DNA of 64,000 bases from Sedimentisphaerales bacterium (GCA_963708075.1 OY970194.1:6720001-6784000); one strand, 5' to 3'. Positions 20,420 to 31,578 are shown, counted from the stretch's first letter. The notes: generated by a model not told the origin, from the sequence alone. Numbers and translations: made by a program.

Positions 20420-22942
20420 ATGAAAGCGACGACCAAGAACCACACAGCCCGGAGGCCGGGCCAGGATGTTCAGACTGGCGGAACAGGTACGCACGGGAAA
20501 ACGGCGACCCACGTGACTGCTGTCGCGTTGCTTGCCATCCTGTGCTTCTTGCCAGCTGCTTGGGCGGAGGTCTACACGATCACAGTTGGGAACGAAGAGT
20601 TTCGTTTCACCCCTCAGCCTGAGCGAGGATACGTGGTCAAGTGTGCCGAGAAGGCCGGCGGCATTACCGCGTCGAGCGACATCTCAGCCCTCGATCCGGA
20701 CCATACGACGCCGGTCGGCGGGACGGATTGGCACGGCATCTACATGGTGGAGAATGCCGGTCCCGCGGCCGAGAATGAACGGGCCATCACAAGACTCAGA
20801 CAGCAGGGACGGGTCGCTTTTGCGGCTCTCCTGTTCTCATCCAACGGGCAAACGGTGGCGATCATCCCAGAGATCGTCGTACGAATGGTGCCGGGCGCGG
20901 AGATGAAACAGCTTCAACGCCTTTGCGAGAAGGTGGATTGCCGGCTCAAGAAGCGGATGGAGTTCACGGAGCAGGAGTATCTCCTGGAGGTCCTGGGGCC
21001 GGACGCCGAGGCTGTCTTTGCTGCCCTTGAGGCATTCAACCACTGCCCCGAGGTCGAGTGGGCATGCCCGAATACTGCATTCCAGCCGAAGCTCGGTGAC
21101 CAAGTTGTGCCGGACGGCGCTGTTGTTGACCAAAGGGTTGGGATTGCATCGGCGGGAGAAGATCCCAATAACCTCGGCGTGTTCCCGAACGACGAATACT
21201 TCCCCATGCAATGGCACCTGCACAACACGGGCCAGTCAGGTGGGACACCCGGTGCGGACATTCGCGCGCCGGAGGCGTGGGAGATTACGACGGGAGACCC
21301 GAACATTGTGGTTGCCGTCCTCGACTGCGGCGTTGACACCAGCCATCCTGACCTGATCGACAACCTGGTCGCAGGATACGATTTCTACGAGAATGACCCG
21401 TTTCCAGACCCCACCCTTGTTGGGGAGACAAACCTCCACGGCACAGCTTGTGCGGGTCTTGTCGCGGCTCAAGGCAACAACTCTATTGGCGTCACGGGAG
21501 TTACCTGGAACTGCAAGGTGATGCCCATCCGACAAACACAGATACAATCCAACCCCGCCACGGAAGACATCGGGGCGACGGCACTCCGTTGGGCTGCGGC
21601 ACATGGCGCCGACATCTTAAATGGGAGAGGGGCCACTAACTACCCAACTCCCATCATTCACTCGGCGATAGTGGATATCACAAAACCAGGAGGAATCGGT
21701 CGAAACGGCAAAGGATGTGTTCTTGTGTACCCTGCGATCAACGCCAACGCGTTGGTGTATTACCCCGCGAGGTATCCGGAGGTTATCGCTGTTGGCGCCA
21801 CGGACCACAGGGACCTGCGCTGGGGCTATAGTAATTACGGGCCGGAGTTGGACATTATGGCTCCGGGCGGGCCATATCCGCCCGGCTCGGCCGGGGACGT
21901 ATTCGCCATCTGGACCACCGATATTGCCGGAAGCCCCGGCGGTAACGGGATCATCAGGGGCCTCCGCATCACAGACTACATCCCATTTGGTGGGACTTCT
22001 GCTGCCACTCCAATCGTAGCCGGCGTAGCGGCCCTGATTCTGTCCGTGGAGCCCAATCTCACGAACGACGAGGCTCGGCACTTCCTGGAGCGGTCTGCAA
22101 AGGACCTCGGCGATCCGGGGAGAGATGACTACTATGGTTGGGGTCGAGTCGATGCGAGGGCGGCACTGGATATGGTCCTGGCCAAGCGGGCGGACCTGAA
22201 CAACGACTGGAAGGTGGACGAAGAGGACCGGGCCATTCTGATGAAAGCGATAGAGGCCAATGACGTCTCGGCCGATATCGCTCCTGCGGCCAAACGCGAC
22301 GGCGTCGTCGATGCAAAGGACCTTGAGCTTTTAACACAGTATTTGGGAACGGTCATCCCGGAGTTGGGCTTGATCGCCCACTGGAAGCTGGATGACGTGG
22401 AAGGTGACATAGCCCATGAGAGTATCAATGACCACGACGGCACTCTGCATGGTGGCGCTGTATGGCAGCCGACCGGCGGCAATCTCGGCGGCGCCCTACA
22501 GCTCGATGGCGTGGATGACTGTGTGAAAACTGAGTTCATTCGCGATCCAGCAGAAGGCCCCTTCAGTATCTTTGCCTGGGTCAAGGGCGATGCGCCGGGG
22601 CACGTGATCCTCTCTCAGGAGAAGGGGGCCAACTGGCTGGTGGCGAGTGCGCCGGACGGCACGTTGGCCACAGAACTCAAGAGCTCCGGGCGTACCGGGA
22701 AGATGTTGAAGTCTACCATAATCATCACGGATGGCGCATGGCACCGCGTTGGCCTTGTCTGGGATGGCACCAACAGGATTCTCTACGTGGATAACGTCGA
22801 AGCAGTCAGGGACACACAGACGACGCTGGCGGGAACCTACACGGGTTTGCACGTCGGGGCCGGTAGTACGCTCGCCCCCGGCACCTTCTGGTCCGGCCTG
22901 ATCGATGACGTGCGAATCTATGATCGAGCGGTCAAACCGTAG
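20420..22942 (+). CDS. Secreted S8 subtilase with dockerin-like and LamG domains
   Basis: Catalytic triad motifs VLDCGVD, HGTACAG, GGTSAATP; ADLNNDWKVD; IAHWKLD...GLIDDVRIY. Confidence 0.92.
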   Translation: MKATTKNHTARRPGQDVQTGGTGTHGKTATHVTAVALLAILCFLPAAWAEVYTITVGNEEFRFTPQPERGYVVKCAEKAGGITASSDISALDPDHTTPVGGTDWHGIYMVENAGPAAENERAITRLRQQGRVAFAALLFSSNGQTVAIIPEIVVRMVPGAEMKQLQRLCEKVDCRLKKRMEFTEQEYLLEVLGPDAEAVFAALEAFNHCPEVEWACPNTAFQPKLGDQVVPDGAVVDQRVGIASAGEDPNNLGVFPNDEYFPMQWHLHNTGQSGGTPGADIRAPEAWEITTGDPNIVVAVLDCGVDTSHPDLIDNLVAGYDFYENDPFPDPTLVGETNLHGTACAGLVAAQGNNSIGVTGVTWNCKVMPIRQTQIQSNPATEDIGATALRWAAAHGADILNGRGATNYPTPIIHSAIVDITKPGGIGRNGKGCVLVYPAINANALVYYPARYPEVIAVGATDHRDLRWGYSNYGPELDIMAPGGPYPPGSAGDVFAIWTTDIAGSPGGNGIIRGLRITDYIPFGGTSAATPIVAGVAALILSVEPNLTNDEARHFLERSAKDLGDPGRDDYYGWGRVDARAALDMVLAKRADLNNDWKVDEEDRAILMKAIEANDVSADIAPAAKRDGVVDAKDLELLTQYLGTVIPELGLIAHWKLDDVEGDIAHESINDHDGTLHGGAVWQPTGGNLGGALQLDGVDDCVKTEFIRDPAEGPFSIFAWVKGDAPGHVILSQEKGANWLVASAPDGTLATELKSSGRTGKMLKSTIIITDGAWHRVGLVWDGTNRILYVDNVEAVRDTQTTLAGTYTGLHVGAGSTLAPGTFWSGLIDDVRIYDRAVKP

Positions 22943-22997
22943 GACGCATACCGATCAACTCCGAGTGAGGATGCGTGAAGAGAAAGGGAGGTGCAAC

Positions 22998-23405
22998 ATG
23001 AAATCGCCTCAGTCTTGTAAGGCTAGTTTTGCGGCCATCGCCGTCTTGGGCCTTGCCGGTATTGTGGTCGCTGCAGGGGATACCTGGACGTACAAAGCCA
23101 TTATGCCCACGGCGCGAGGTTTCGTGTCCGGCTGTGTCCTGGATGGAAAACTCTACGTCATCGGAGGGTTCCCGAGTCATTACTCGGTGACGGCCGCGGT
23201 AGAGATGTATGATCCCGCTACCGATGCATGGACCAGGAGGGCTGACATGCCAGCAGCGCGGTGCGGTCATGCCACCTGAGCTTGGGACGACAAGGTGTAT
23301 GTGTTCGGGGGAACGAGTCCGGACCCATACGATACGGTGCGGCCGAGAAGAACGTTTACGCGTATGACCCACACACCGACATTTGGACACAGAAAGCTGA
23401 TCTGC
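22998..23405 (+). pseudogene. Kelch-repeat secreted protein, truncated
   Basis: GKLYVIGG, YDPATDAWT; in-frame TGA at 23277-23279, then DKVYVFGG; frameshift; similarity ends after WTQKAD. Confidence 0.75.
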
Positions 23406-23424
23406 ACCTGCATGTGTGTCTAAG

Positions 23425-23665
23425 GGTAGATAAACTGTCTGACAAAACCATCGGGCTACGGTCGCTATCTTCCTCGTGGTGCTGGCGCGGCCGTTCGGCC
23501 AAGCAAGCCACTGCGGCACTCGATGCGCTTGTCACTTTGCGTGGCTCAATTGCCCACGGTGTTTCAGTCGCCAATAGTGTTACGCTCTCAGATGTTAAAG
23601 ATGCCCGCAACTTCATCAGGCGATTGGCGACGAAGACTCACAACCGCGTATGCAGTTACCTTCAA
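23425..23665 (+). pseudogene. HEPN-domain C-terminal fragment
   Basis: LDALVTLRGSIAHG fits the HEPN RxxxxH motif; no start or N-terminal part. Confidence 0.5.
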
Positions 23666-23767
23666 CCGGCATTGTCCTTCGGATGTCACGCCGCAACAAT
23701 ACCTTCACATTCTGATGGGACCGTGGATGGGCGATCCCTGTCGTGCTAAGACAGAACCAGTCGGCCG

Positions 23768-26700
23768 TCACTCCGTGTGCCATGCGGCCGCCCAATGCCA
23801 ATTCTTACTGAGGATGGCAAGGTCCACGGCATCGATGCGGCCGTTGTGGTTCGCGTCGCCATTGGGCTTTCCCTCGGAATCACTGCCGCTGCCGAGCCAT
23901 TGCTCGGAAAGCACCATCAGATCGTCGAAATCGACACTGCCATCGTCGGTGATGTCTCCCCTCTTGCTCACATGGACCAGACACAAGCTCGTGTTGTTGT
24001 GCTCGTCCGACTCGGTGATTGAGTTGCCTCCATCGGCCACCACATACAAGACGGCGTCAGGATCGTTGAAGTCCACGGCCGAGATGTCCCAGTCAAAACT
24101 CACCTCTTGGGAGGAATTGGCGTCGATCACAGGGATGGTGAAGCTCTTCAGCGCTTGGCCATCGAGGGAATCCCTGCGGATGGTCGCGCCCACATTCTGA
24201 GCAGCCACTACCCCTGCATTCGCGATCGTCGCCGTGATGCTGCGGGCCTTGTATCCGATCTTCTCCACGGAGACAGACTTCACGATGAGGTCCGGGGCCA
24301 TCAGCGAGATGTGGGCGATGTTGTTGGTCTGATTCCGTTCCTCCAAGCCGATCTGGGAATTCGTCGCGACGGAGGCCGTTACGTAGATCTGCTGTGGGCT
24401 GTTGACCTTTGGAATCGTCCAGGAGACCGTGACCGTAGCCGTGCCCCCGGCGGGGATGGGTCCTGCGATGGTTTGGAAACCGCCGATTCGCACGCCGCCC
24501 TCGTGTGGGTTGCCGTGATAGAACGCCACGGGCACGTTGGCTTCCGCCACATCTCCCAGGTTATGAATAACGGCGGCGATCTGGATCTTGCTGCCGGGCT
24601 TTGGATTGGCCGGGCTCACAGAGATGTCCTCTGCCGCCACGGCCAGATCCCTGCCGAGTCCATGGCGCAGCACGCACAGATCCGTCTGGTATATCTCCGG
24701 CACTCCCTTGGCGTGGCTCCTGATCCTGTCCTTGTTGTAGGCCAAGGCCAACTCATCAGAGTCCACGTACGTGACAGCGAGGGCTTTCTCCACATCGCTG
24801 TCCGACGTCAGCGGATAGGCACTGCTCCAGACACCGAACGCCGGATCATACGTGGCGGTGAAGACATCCGTGCCCTTCGACGCGGTCGAGAAGCTGGTCC
24901 AGACCAGCGAGACTCTCCCCGTCGGGCCCTTGGCCAAGCGGAAGTCCCTGGCACCCACGCCCGTGATTTGCACGATGTGCTGGGGCATACTCGTATCCAA
25001 GCCACGACAACTAACGATGCTCCCGTCCCTGTACCAGACCAGCAGCGGCTCACCTTGATCGAACACGACCTGCGGATTGACATCGGGAACCTTGTCGTTG
25101 GTCAGTCGCAGTGGCTTGGACCATTGGGTGCCCTCATAGACCAGGGCATAGAGTTCCTTGTCCTCGTCTGTCCCCGTGTCCCAGTCGGCGTCTGCGGCAT
25201 AGACGTACACCGCCTTCGTGCCGTCGTAGGCCAGTGTGGGGCGCAGCAAAGACCCGATTCCCGTGCCGGCGACGCTCGGCTTGGACCAAGTCCTGCCATT
25301 CCAGAAGCAATACCGGATCGTATTGGGGGCGTTGGGGTCCTGGCCGAAGATATCATCCTTTTCATTGGAGACCCACGTGACCAGAGCTGTATTGTTGGTC
25401 GCCGCTGCGATCTGCGGCATATAATCCAGATGGGAGTCGTTGGTCAGCGCCGTTGTCCTCCACAGTCCTGTGGCGCTGTCATACGAGGCCACGGCAATAT
25501 CCATCGCGGCGGCCATGCCTGCCAGATCCACACTGTCAGGCAACGACCGGTTCACATTTTGCCAGGCACAGAGAACCTTTCCCGCCGGCAGCACGGCCAG
25601 TTGGGGCGAGAAGTCCGCTGTCCCGTCGTCGTGGATCGCGACAGGCGGGGTCCAAGTACCCTCATGAGACGTGCTAAATACGACCTGCGTGCAGTTGACG
25701 CTGGAGCGGGCGGGGTTGTCGTAGACCCAGGCCAGCAGCAATTCGCCCTTGTCGGCTGCGACAGCGGGTTCCGAATACTCAAAGACCTTCGTTTGTAGCA
25801 CCTGTTCCGCTCCACCTTCACCTTGTGCGCCGGTGGTGGCCGAGAGGACAGTCAGATCGGCCGTACCCCCCTGATGGTCGGTCGTGGGCGGCAGCCACAC
25901 GCCGTAGTCAGGCCCGAGGTAGTCACGCCCCATCAACTTCCATCCTTCACTACCTACGTCCAGGGGGACTTGGCCTGTAGCAGATGCGATGGAGAGGCTT
26001 TGCTGGGCTTGACTGCTCAGCGATCTGTCGTACGGGCAATACTCCCAGGGGCCGAAGGTTTTGGACGCGTCCCAACGCCAAATGTGTGCCGACACCTCCA
26101 CACGGAAGTCGAGGCAGAACTCCAGAAGCTCATGGCCAGGTTCGGTCCACTCGATGTTGAGTCCAGCACCTTTGGCTTCTACCTCGAGGCCGGCCACATA
26201 TGCATCCGCCACCCCCTCAGCCCAAGCCGGGATCCAAAGGGACACCGTGCCAGCCCAAGCCAGAGTATTCCCCTGTGCCTCCGGGAGGAGAATGTTAGCC
26301 ATGTGAGACTCCACCCCCACCGTGAGCGACAAACCAATTCCCTCCAGCGAGTAACCCCAACTCCAGATAGGCACCCGAGTGTCATTCCAGAAGCGTTGTT
26401 GGCCAGACGTAACCCAGGAGTTCCCGTCGAAATAGAAATTGGCGTAGCCAGTCAGGCCGAATTCCAGGTCCACGCCCGCGACCCACAAGACGCAACGATC
26501 TACAAGACCAATCTCAGCAGGTGCATCGACAATCATCGTGAGTATGCCTACGCCTTGCGAGTTCACCGTTAGCTTGTCTACACCCTGGACTTTGGTCGTG
26601 ACATCATTCCCGCCGAACATCGGAACGGCATTGGGAATGCTGAGTCCATAGTAGAGGCTCATATCCGCGTCTAGAACCTGTACGAGATATGGCCCGGAAT

Positions 26701-29700
26701 CATACACCAGGCTCGCTACCTCGTCGCCTCCGTACGGAGACACTACGGGTCTTAGCACCATGCCCGAGGGCATCGGTGGCTGCGGGATGACCGTGAAGTT
26801 GGCGGCCACCCAGAGCGATTCCTTGCCGTCCGGCCCGCTGGAGGTCGCCCTCACCTGGAGCTTGCCGCCTGCGCCAAACTCCGTACCCACGTCGAAGGAG
26901 CGGGATACCTTGGTCTGGCGTGCTGAACATGTCTCCTCGTACGTTTTCCTCGGCGTTCGCCACTGGACCTTGCCTGGCACGAGTCCGTTCCAGTTGATCC
27001 TGACTGTGATCTGTTCAGTCAGGGAGATCCCATCCAGGAAGTAGACGCCCTTCTTGATACGAGTGAAATACGTGCCATAAAGATCCGTGATCACAGGGGC
27101 GGCGAGAGAGCGGAAGGTTACCTCATTGCCCCAGTCACTCTCGCCTGCGGAGTTCATCGCCTGTGCGGCCACGCGGTATTCTATGTTAGGAGTCAGCAAT
27201 CCAGATAAGACCTCGCTGAAATTGGGAAGGGTCTCCTGCACAGACCCTCTCCAGGAAGTGTACTTCTCGGGCCAGCCTAACTGGATAGGGCCGCTAACCC
27301 CACCAGAGACCGTATTCTCGCTGGCCTCATGGATCGAAGGGACTCCGTCAGAGGAGTCTTGTTCGCGGGCGACCGACTGGATGGACGTGCTGGGGAGCAG
27401 AGGAATCAGGGGCTCAATCGTCCATCGATATCTGAACCGATACTGGCACGGCTCGTTACCATCGTCCACGATCTTGCCGGCCAACGTGGCGCTCATCGCC
27501 TCTATGTTAGTCACATCCAGGGTGGATACCGTGGGCTTCTCAATGGCCAGGGTGGTGAAACTCAGATCACTCCCCCAGGCCCCTTCACAGCCCGCATTCC
27601 TAGCCTGTGCGGCAAAGAAGTACTTCGTGCCCTGATTCAATCCCGATATGGTCTGGCTACAGGTCTCGCCAGTCCGCTTGGAGCCGGTCCAGGGGGTTTC
27701 GGTATACGCCCCACCTTCCTTCTTGTATCGGAACCGATACTCACACACCGCGCCCCCATCGTCGGTGAGCTTACCATTGAGCGTAGCCGTGGCCACTTTG
27801 ACGGGCGTGGCCGCTTGGGTCGTGACGACTGGTGCTCTAAACGTCGTGAATGTCAACTCAGTGCCCCAGAGGGTTTCGCAGGTGGAGTTCCTGGCCTTGG
27901 CGGCGAAGTAATACTTGGTCCCCGGACTCAATCCCGTCAGCGCGTAGCTGAAGGACTCATTGGTTCGCATGGCGCCAGTCCAGGTCGTTTCGATGTAGGT
28001 TCCGCCCTCTTTCTTGTACCGGAACTTGTACTGACACGCCTCGCCGCCGTCGTCGGCGATCCTGCCGTTCAGGGTGGCGGTGGTACATTTGACATCGGTA
28101 GCGGCCCGCGTCTCCGCTCGCAGGATTGTCATGAAGCTTAGCTCGATACCCCAATCGCTTTGGCAACTGGAATTCTTGACCTGGGCGGCAAAGTAGTATC
28201 GGGTCCCCGGATCCAAGCCGGTGATCGCCTGGCTGAAGGTCTGGCCGGCCGTCTTGGAGCCCGTCCAGGCGGTTTCGGTGTAGGTTCCACCCTCCTTCTT
28301 GTACCGGAACTTGTACTGGCACGCCACGCCCCCATCGGCGGTGACCTTGCCGTTAAGCGTGGCCGAACTGCACTTGATAGCTGTGGCCGCCTGCGTATCG
28401 GCCTGGATTCGCACCGTCGTGAAGCTCAGCTCGGTGCCCCAGGCGCTTTCGCACGTAGAGTTCTTGGCCTGAGCGGCAAAGTAGTACGCAGTCCCCGGGC
28501 TCAATCCCGTCAGCGCCTGGCTGAAGGACTCATTGGTCCGCTTGGAGCCGCTGTAGTTGGTATAGGTATAGGACCCGCTCGCTGTCTTATACCGGAACCG
28601 GTACTGGCATGCCTGGCCTCCATCATCCACGATCTTGCCATTCAGTGTAGCCGAGCTGCATTTGATGGTTGTGGCCGCCTGGGTCTCCACCGTGACCCCA
28701 GCCGTCGTGAAACTCAGCTCGTTGCCCCAGGCGCTTTCCCCAGCAGAGTTCTTGGCCTGGGCAGCAAAGTAATACTTGGTCCCCGAGCTCAAACCCGTCA
28801 GCGTCTGGCTGAAGGATTCACTGGTTCGCTTGGAGCCAGTATAGCTGGTGTAGACGTAGGATCCGCCCTCCATCTTGTACCGGAACCGATACTGACATGC
28901 CTCACCCCCATCATCGACAATCTTGCCGTTGACTGTGGCCGAGGCACACTGGACGCCTGTGGCCACCTCCGTCGTCACAGATGGGATGTGAATCGAGGGG
29001 ATAGCATATTGGATAACGAGTTTCAGACGTGTCAGGCAGCCGTAATTGGAGCCGCTTACCGTGTCGTTCACACGGAAGTACCAGTTCTGGTTGACCGGCT
29101 GGCCGTTGAAAGCGTTTGTCACGTGGCCTGAAGCCGCGCTTCCCAACGCTATATCGTTATCGTTTTCCGCGTCATCGTCCAGATTCTGATCCGTGTCTCC
29201 CCCCAAGTTGTCCCACGCAAGCAAGTAGTTCCCTGTCCCGCCACGCGTCGCAGAGGAAAGACCTATCTCATAGTCACTGCACCGGAAAGGTGAGGGGCCC
29301 CCAACTTCACGCACTACAGGGCGGACCTCGATCACGTACGAGAATCCTGTTACAGAGGCTCCGGCCGGCGCGCGGGTGACCGACCATGATTGGGCCACTT
29401 GGCCCGGGTTCTGGATAGGCATTTCCGGGCCCCCAACAAGACCACCACCGTACCAACTCTCATCCACAACCACAATCTCGCCAGCCTGGTCCGTCCCTGA
29501 TGTCTCCGCCGTGACGTCGTCCACGTAGAAGGTGCCGGCACCATCGTTCCACTGTGCAAAACTGATATGGGTGACGCTGTCTTTCGGGTTTCTTGCGGGC
29601 CATGCGGCTGCGACTTTGTTGTTATCCACATACACATCGTACGCGTCAGCGGCAAGGTCCAGATCTACTCTGATGGTGTACCATTGTTTGAGGGACAGGT

Positions 29701-30256
29701 TCGTTGCTATGGGGGTCAGCGTCGTACTGCCTCTCTCCATCGCGACCAAATCCATCGTGCCACTTGTGCCGCCGCCATCCTTATGGAAGGCCATATAGAC
29801 GAATCGCTCACTGTCGTTCGCGTTCGGTCCTCTGCTACTGGGGTTTGAATCGTCTCCGATCAGCATCCAGCCGGCACAGTCGGGATGGCCGGAGATATTG
29901 AGTATGGAATCCACGTAAATACGCCACTGCACCGAAAAACGCCCCGTTTGCGCGGAGCTGAATTCCTGCGTCAAATAGGCATTGCCGCCGGTGGCGGCAG
30001 TGCTTCCGGTCAGTTTGGCCTTCTTCGTAGCGTTACCGCCTACAGAAGCAGTGTCGAGGGTGAGAAGAGTTGGGCCAGCCGTGCCATCCTGGCGGCTTTC
30101 ATACCAGTCCTGACCCGCTGAATTCGTTCGCAGGGCTGTACTGTCAGAACTGGCGTTGAAGTCCGAATCGACAAGCAACTGGGCGGAAGCGAGTTGGCTG
30201 CCGCCAAACACGGTGAGCACGAAACCCAACAGAGCTGCCACTCGCATCGTCTTCAT
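23768..30256 (-). CDS. 2162-aa secreted/surface protein: beta-sandwich N-terminus, six FN3-like repeats, two CARDB-like domains, dockerin-like C-terminus
   Basis: Signal peptide; repeats ATLNGKI.DDGG..CQYRFRY...YYFAAQAKNS; ESDEHNN; GDITDDGSVDFDDL / GDANHNGRIDAVDL. Confidence 0.88.
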   Translation of the reverse strand: MKTMRVAALLGFVLTVFGGSQLASAQLLVDSDFNASSDSTALRTNSAGQDWYESRQDGTAGPTLLTLDTASVGGNATKKAKLTGSTAATGGNAYLTQEFSSAQTGRFSVQWRIYVDSILNISGHPDCAGWMLIGDDSNPSSRGPNANDSERFVYMAFHKDGGGTSGTMDLVAMERGSTTLTPIATNLSLKQWYTIRVDLDLAADAYDVYVDNNKVAAAWPARNPKDSVTHISFAQWNDGAGTFYVDDVTAETSGTDQAGEIVVVDESWYGGGLVGGPEMPIQNPGQVAQSWSVTRAPAGASVTGFSYVIEVRPVVREVGGPSPFRCSDYEIGLSSATRGGTGNYLLAWDNLGGDTDQNLDDDAENDNDIALGSAASGHVTNAFNGQPVNQNWYFRVNDTVSGSNYGCLTRLKLVIQYAIPSIHIPSVTTEVATGVQCASATVNGKIVDDGGEACQYRFRYKMEGGSYVYTSYTGSKRTSESFSQTLTGLSSGTKYYFAAQAKNSAGESAWGNELSFTTAGVTVETQAATTIKCSSATLNGKIVDDGGQACQYRFRYKTASGSYTYTNYSGSKRTNESFSQALTGLSPGTAYYFAAQAKNSTCESAWGTELSFTTVRIQADTQAATAIKCSSATLNGKVTADGGVACQYKFRYKKEGGTYTETAWTGSKTAGQTFSQAITGLDPGTRYYFAAQVKNSSCQSDWGIELSFMTILRAETRAATDVKCTTATLNGRIADDGGEACQYKFRYKKEGGTYIETTWTGAMRTNESFSYALTGLSPGTKYYFAAKARNSTCETLWGTELTFTTFRAPVVTTQAATPVKVATATLNGKLTDDGGAVCEYRFRYKKEGGAYTETPWTGSKRTGETCSQTISGLNQGTKYFFAAQARNAGCEGAWGSDLSFTTLAIEKPTVSTLDVTNIEAMSATLAGKIVDDGNEPCQYRFRYRWTIEPLIPLLPSTSIQSVAREQDSSDGVPSIHEASENTVSGGVSGPIQLGWPEKYTSWRGSVQETLPNFSEVLSGLLTPNIEYRVAAQAMNSAGESDWGNEVTFRSLAAPVITDLYGTYFTRIKKGVYFLDGISLTEQITVRINWNGLVPGKVQWRTPRKTYEETCSARQTKVSRSFDVGTEFGAGGKLQVRATSSGPDGKESLWVAANFTVIPQPPMPSGMVLRPVVSPYGGDEVASLVYDSGPYLVQVLDADMSLYYGLSIPNAVPMFGGNDVTTKVQGVDKLTVNSQGVGILTMIVDAPAEIGLVDRCVLWVAGVDLEFGLTGYANFYFDGNSWVTSGQQRFWNDTRVPIWSWGYSLEGIGLSLTVGVESHMANILLPEAQGNTLAWAGTVSLWIPAWAEGVADAYVAGLEVEAKGAGLNIEWTEPGHELLEFCLDFRVEVSAHIWRWDASKTFGPWEYCPYDRSLSSQAQQSLSIASATGQVPLDVGSEGWKLMGRDYLGPDYGVWLPPTTDHQGGTADLTVLSATTGAQGEGGAEQVLQTKVFEYSEPAVAADKGELLLAWVYDNPARSSVNCTQVVFSTSHEGTWTPPVAIHDDGTADFSPQLAVLPAGKVLCAWQNVNRSLPDSVDLAGMAAAMDIAVASYDSATGLWRTTALTNDSHLDYMPQIAAATNNTALVTWVSNEKDDIFGQDPNAPNTIRYCFWNGRTWSKPSVAGTGIGSLLRPTLAYDGTKAVYVYAADADWDTGTDEDKELYALVYEGTQWSKPLRLTNDKVPDVNPQVVFDQGEPLLVWYRDGSIVSCRGLDTSMPQHIVQITGVGARDFRLAKGPTGRVSLVWTSFSTASKGTDVFTATYDPAFGVWSSAYPLTSDSDVEKALAVTYVDSDELALAYNKDRIRSHAKGVPEIYQTDLCVLRHGLGRDLAVAAEDISVSPANPKPGSKIQIAAVIHNLGDVAEANVPVAFYHGNPHEGGVRIGGFQTIAGPIPAGGTATVTVSWTIPKVNSPQQIYVTASVATNSQIGLEERNQTNNIAHISLMAPDLIVKSVSVEKIGYKARSITATIANAGVVAAQNVGATIRRDSLDGQALKSFTIPVIDANSSQEVSFDWDISAVDFNDPDAVLYVVADGGNSITESDEHNNTSLCLVHVSKRGDITDDGSVDFDDLMVLSEQWLGSGSDSEGKPNGDANHNGRIDAVDLAILSKNWHWAAAWHTE
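27120..28985 (-). repeat. Six tandem ~285-bp FN3-like coding repeats
   Basis: Visible at both DNA and protein level; the sixth repeat carries a ~55-aa insertion. Confidence 0.85.
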
Positions 30257-31375
30257 TTCTACCCCTCTCAGTTGTCTGCCACAGGTGCATTCCGGGTTCG
30301 TCTGCCTCGACTCCCTGCTGTTGTGCCTTTACGATTGACAGCCGCTACAGGTAGTGACATGCGAGAAGGTCACGAGGTCGTTGGCACGCGACCCATATGC
30401 TGTGCGCACGTCACTTTTGCACCCTTTGAACAAGGCCTCACTACGGGACTTCGGCGTGTGTCAGGGCGACATTGGCAGCATGTGCCGGTGCCGCCGCCTG
30501 CACATGAACCCACAGGAAGCTCGACGCCCTTAGCTGATATTTCCCATATAACCTCTGCCCGGCAACGGTGCCAATCTCCTAACATACAAATATACCGCCA
30601 TCCCCGGGGGAATTCACGTGCAAAATGCTTCCTTGCAAGACAATCGACGGGGAATAGAGACAAAATCGGCATTCAGAGCGCCCAGACAGGCGGTTTGTCC
30701 CCAGGTTAGCGATAGTCACAGCGGTGCCCCTTCCGCTTTCGTTGGGTTGTCGCCGCCTGCACCGGGTCATATCGGTGCCGCCCTCGGCGGAACGATCATC
30801 CAAGTCATATGGTCAATCCGCGAAGAAGAGGACTATGCCCAACTGTGGCGGAGGCCGGCTGAACACGTCGCGATGCGGCAATCTAACGGCCGCGACCTAC
30901 AGTTCACTCTGACGACGATGCAATGATCTCCAACAGTGCTTGACGCCGTTGGCGAGCCGCAGGCACGATGACCCAGGGAGACCGACACTGTGATGCGGGT
31001 ACTTCTTGTCACTGGATAGACTCGGGGACCAACCCAAGCCGTGAAGCGCGCAACAGGCGCGCCACAAGCGGATTCGTTTCGCCTTTGGCGCGGCTTCGGT
31101 TCTGCTTCGGCCAGCATCATAAGTCCTGTAATGACAATCATTAGTCGTTTTACTGCAAGCACTTACAGACCCGGGCAACGGACTGGTTGTCCGGTCGCCT
31201 TAGTCGGAGGCGCAACGGATCGGCCCCATGCATCGCTCATCAGGCGAGACACAGCCTGAAACCGCACATGGGCAACGGACGCAGAATCCGTTTCCCTCTT
31301 AAGCTCCATCGCCCGTAATCCTCTCTGCTCGGCTGCAGCCTCGTCGCTCGTCCGGGACGGCCATGGCCGCACACA

Positions 31376-31578
31376 TCACCTTCCATCATCGACCATCCCT
31401 ATCAACTCATCGAGGATGTCCATCGTGCGACGGCAGAGTTCCCGACCCCGGTCGGCCCAGAGCCCTTCTCCCCAGTACCGATAGCAGCTGGTCTGGCTCA
31501 CGAGCAGATGGTAAAGAGCGTTGCGGTAGCGAGGATCGGATGAGGAGATACCGCGGCGCAGCACCCTCTCTCATACCT
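31376..31578 (-). pseudogene. C-terminal fragment of a GH57-like protein
   Basis: RYRNALYHLLVSQTSCYRYWGEGLW...GRELCRR with no upstream gene body. Confidence 0.55.

Noticed and set aside
27120..28985. Tandem DNA repeats as a CRISPR or other non-coding array
   Set aside because: They are in-frame protein domain repeats of ~285 bp with synonymous variation.
30260..31370. 1.1-kb gene-free stretch as a hidden RNA or array
   Set aside because: No repeats, tRNA fold or credible ORF were seen, only a weak AAGTCCTGT...ACTTA motif shared with ~12484-12507.
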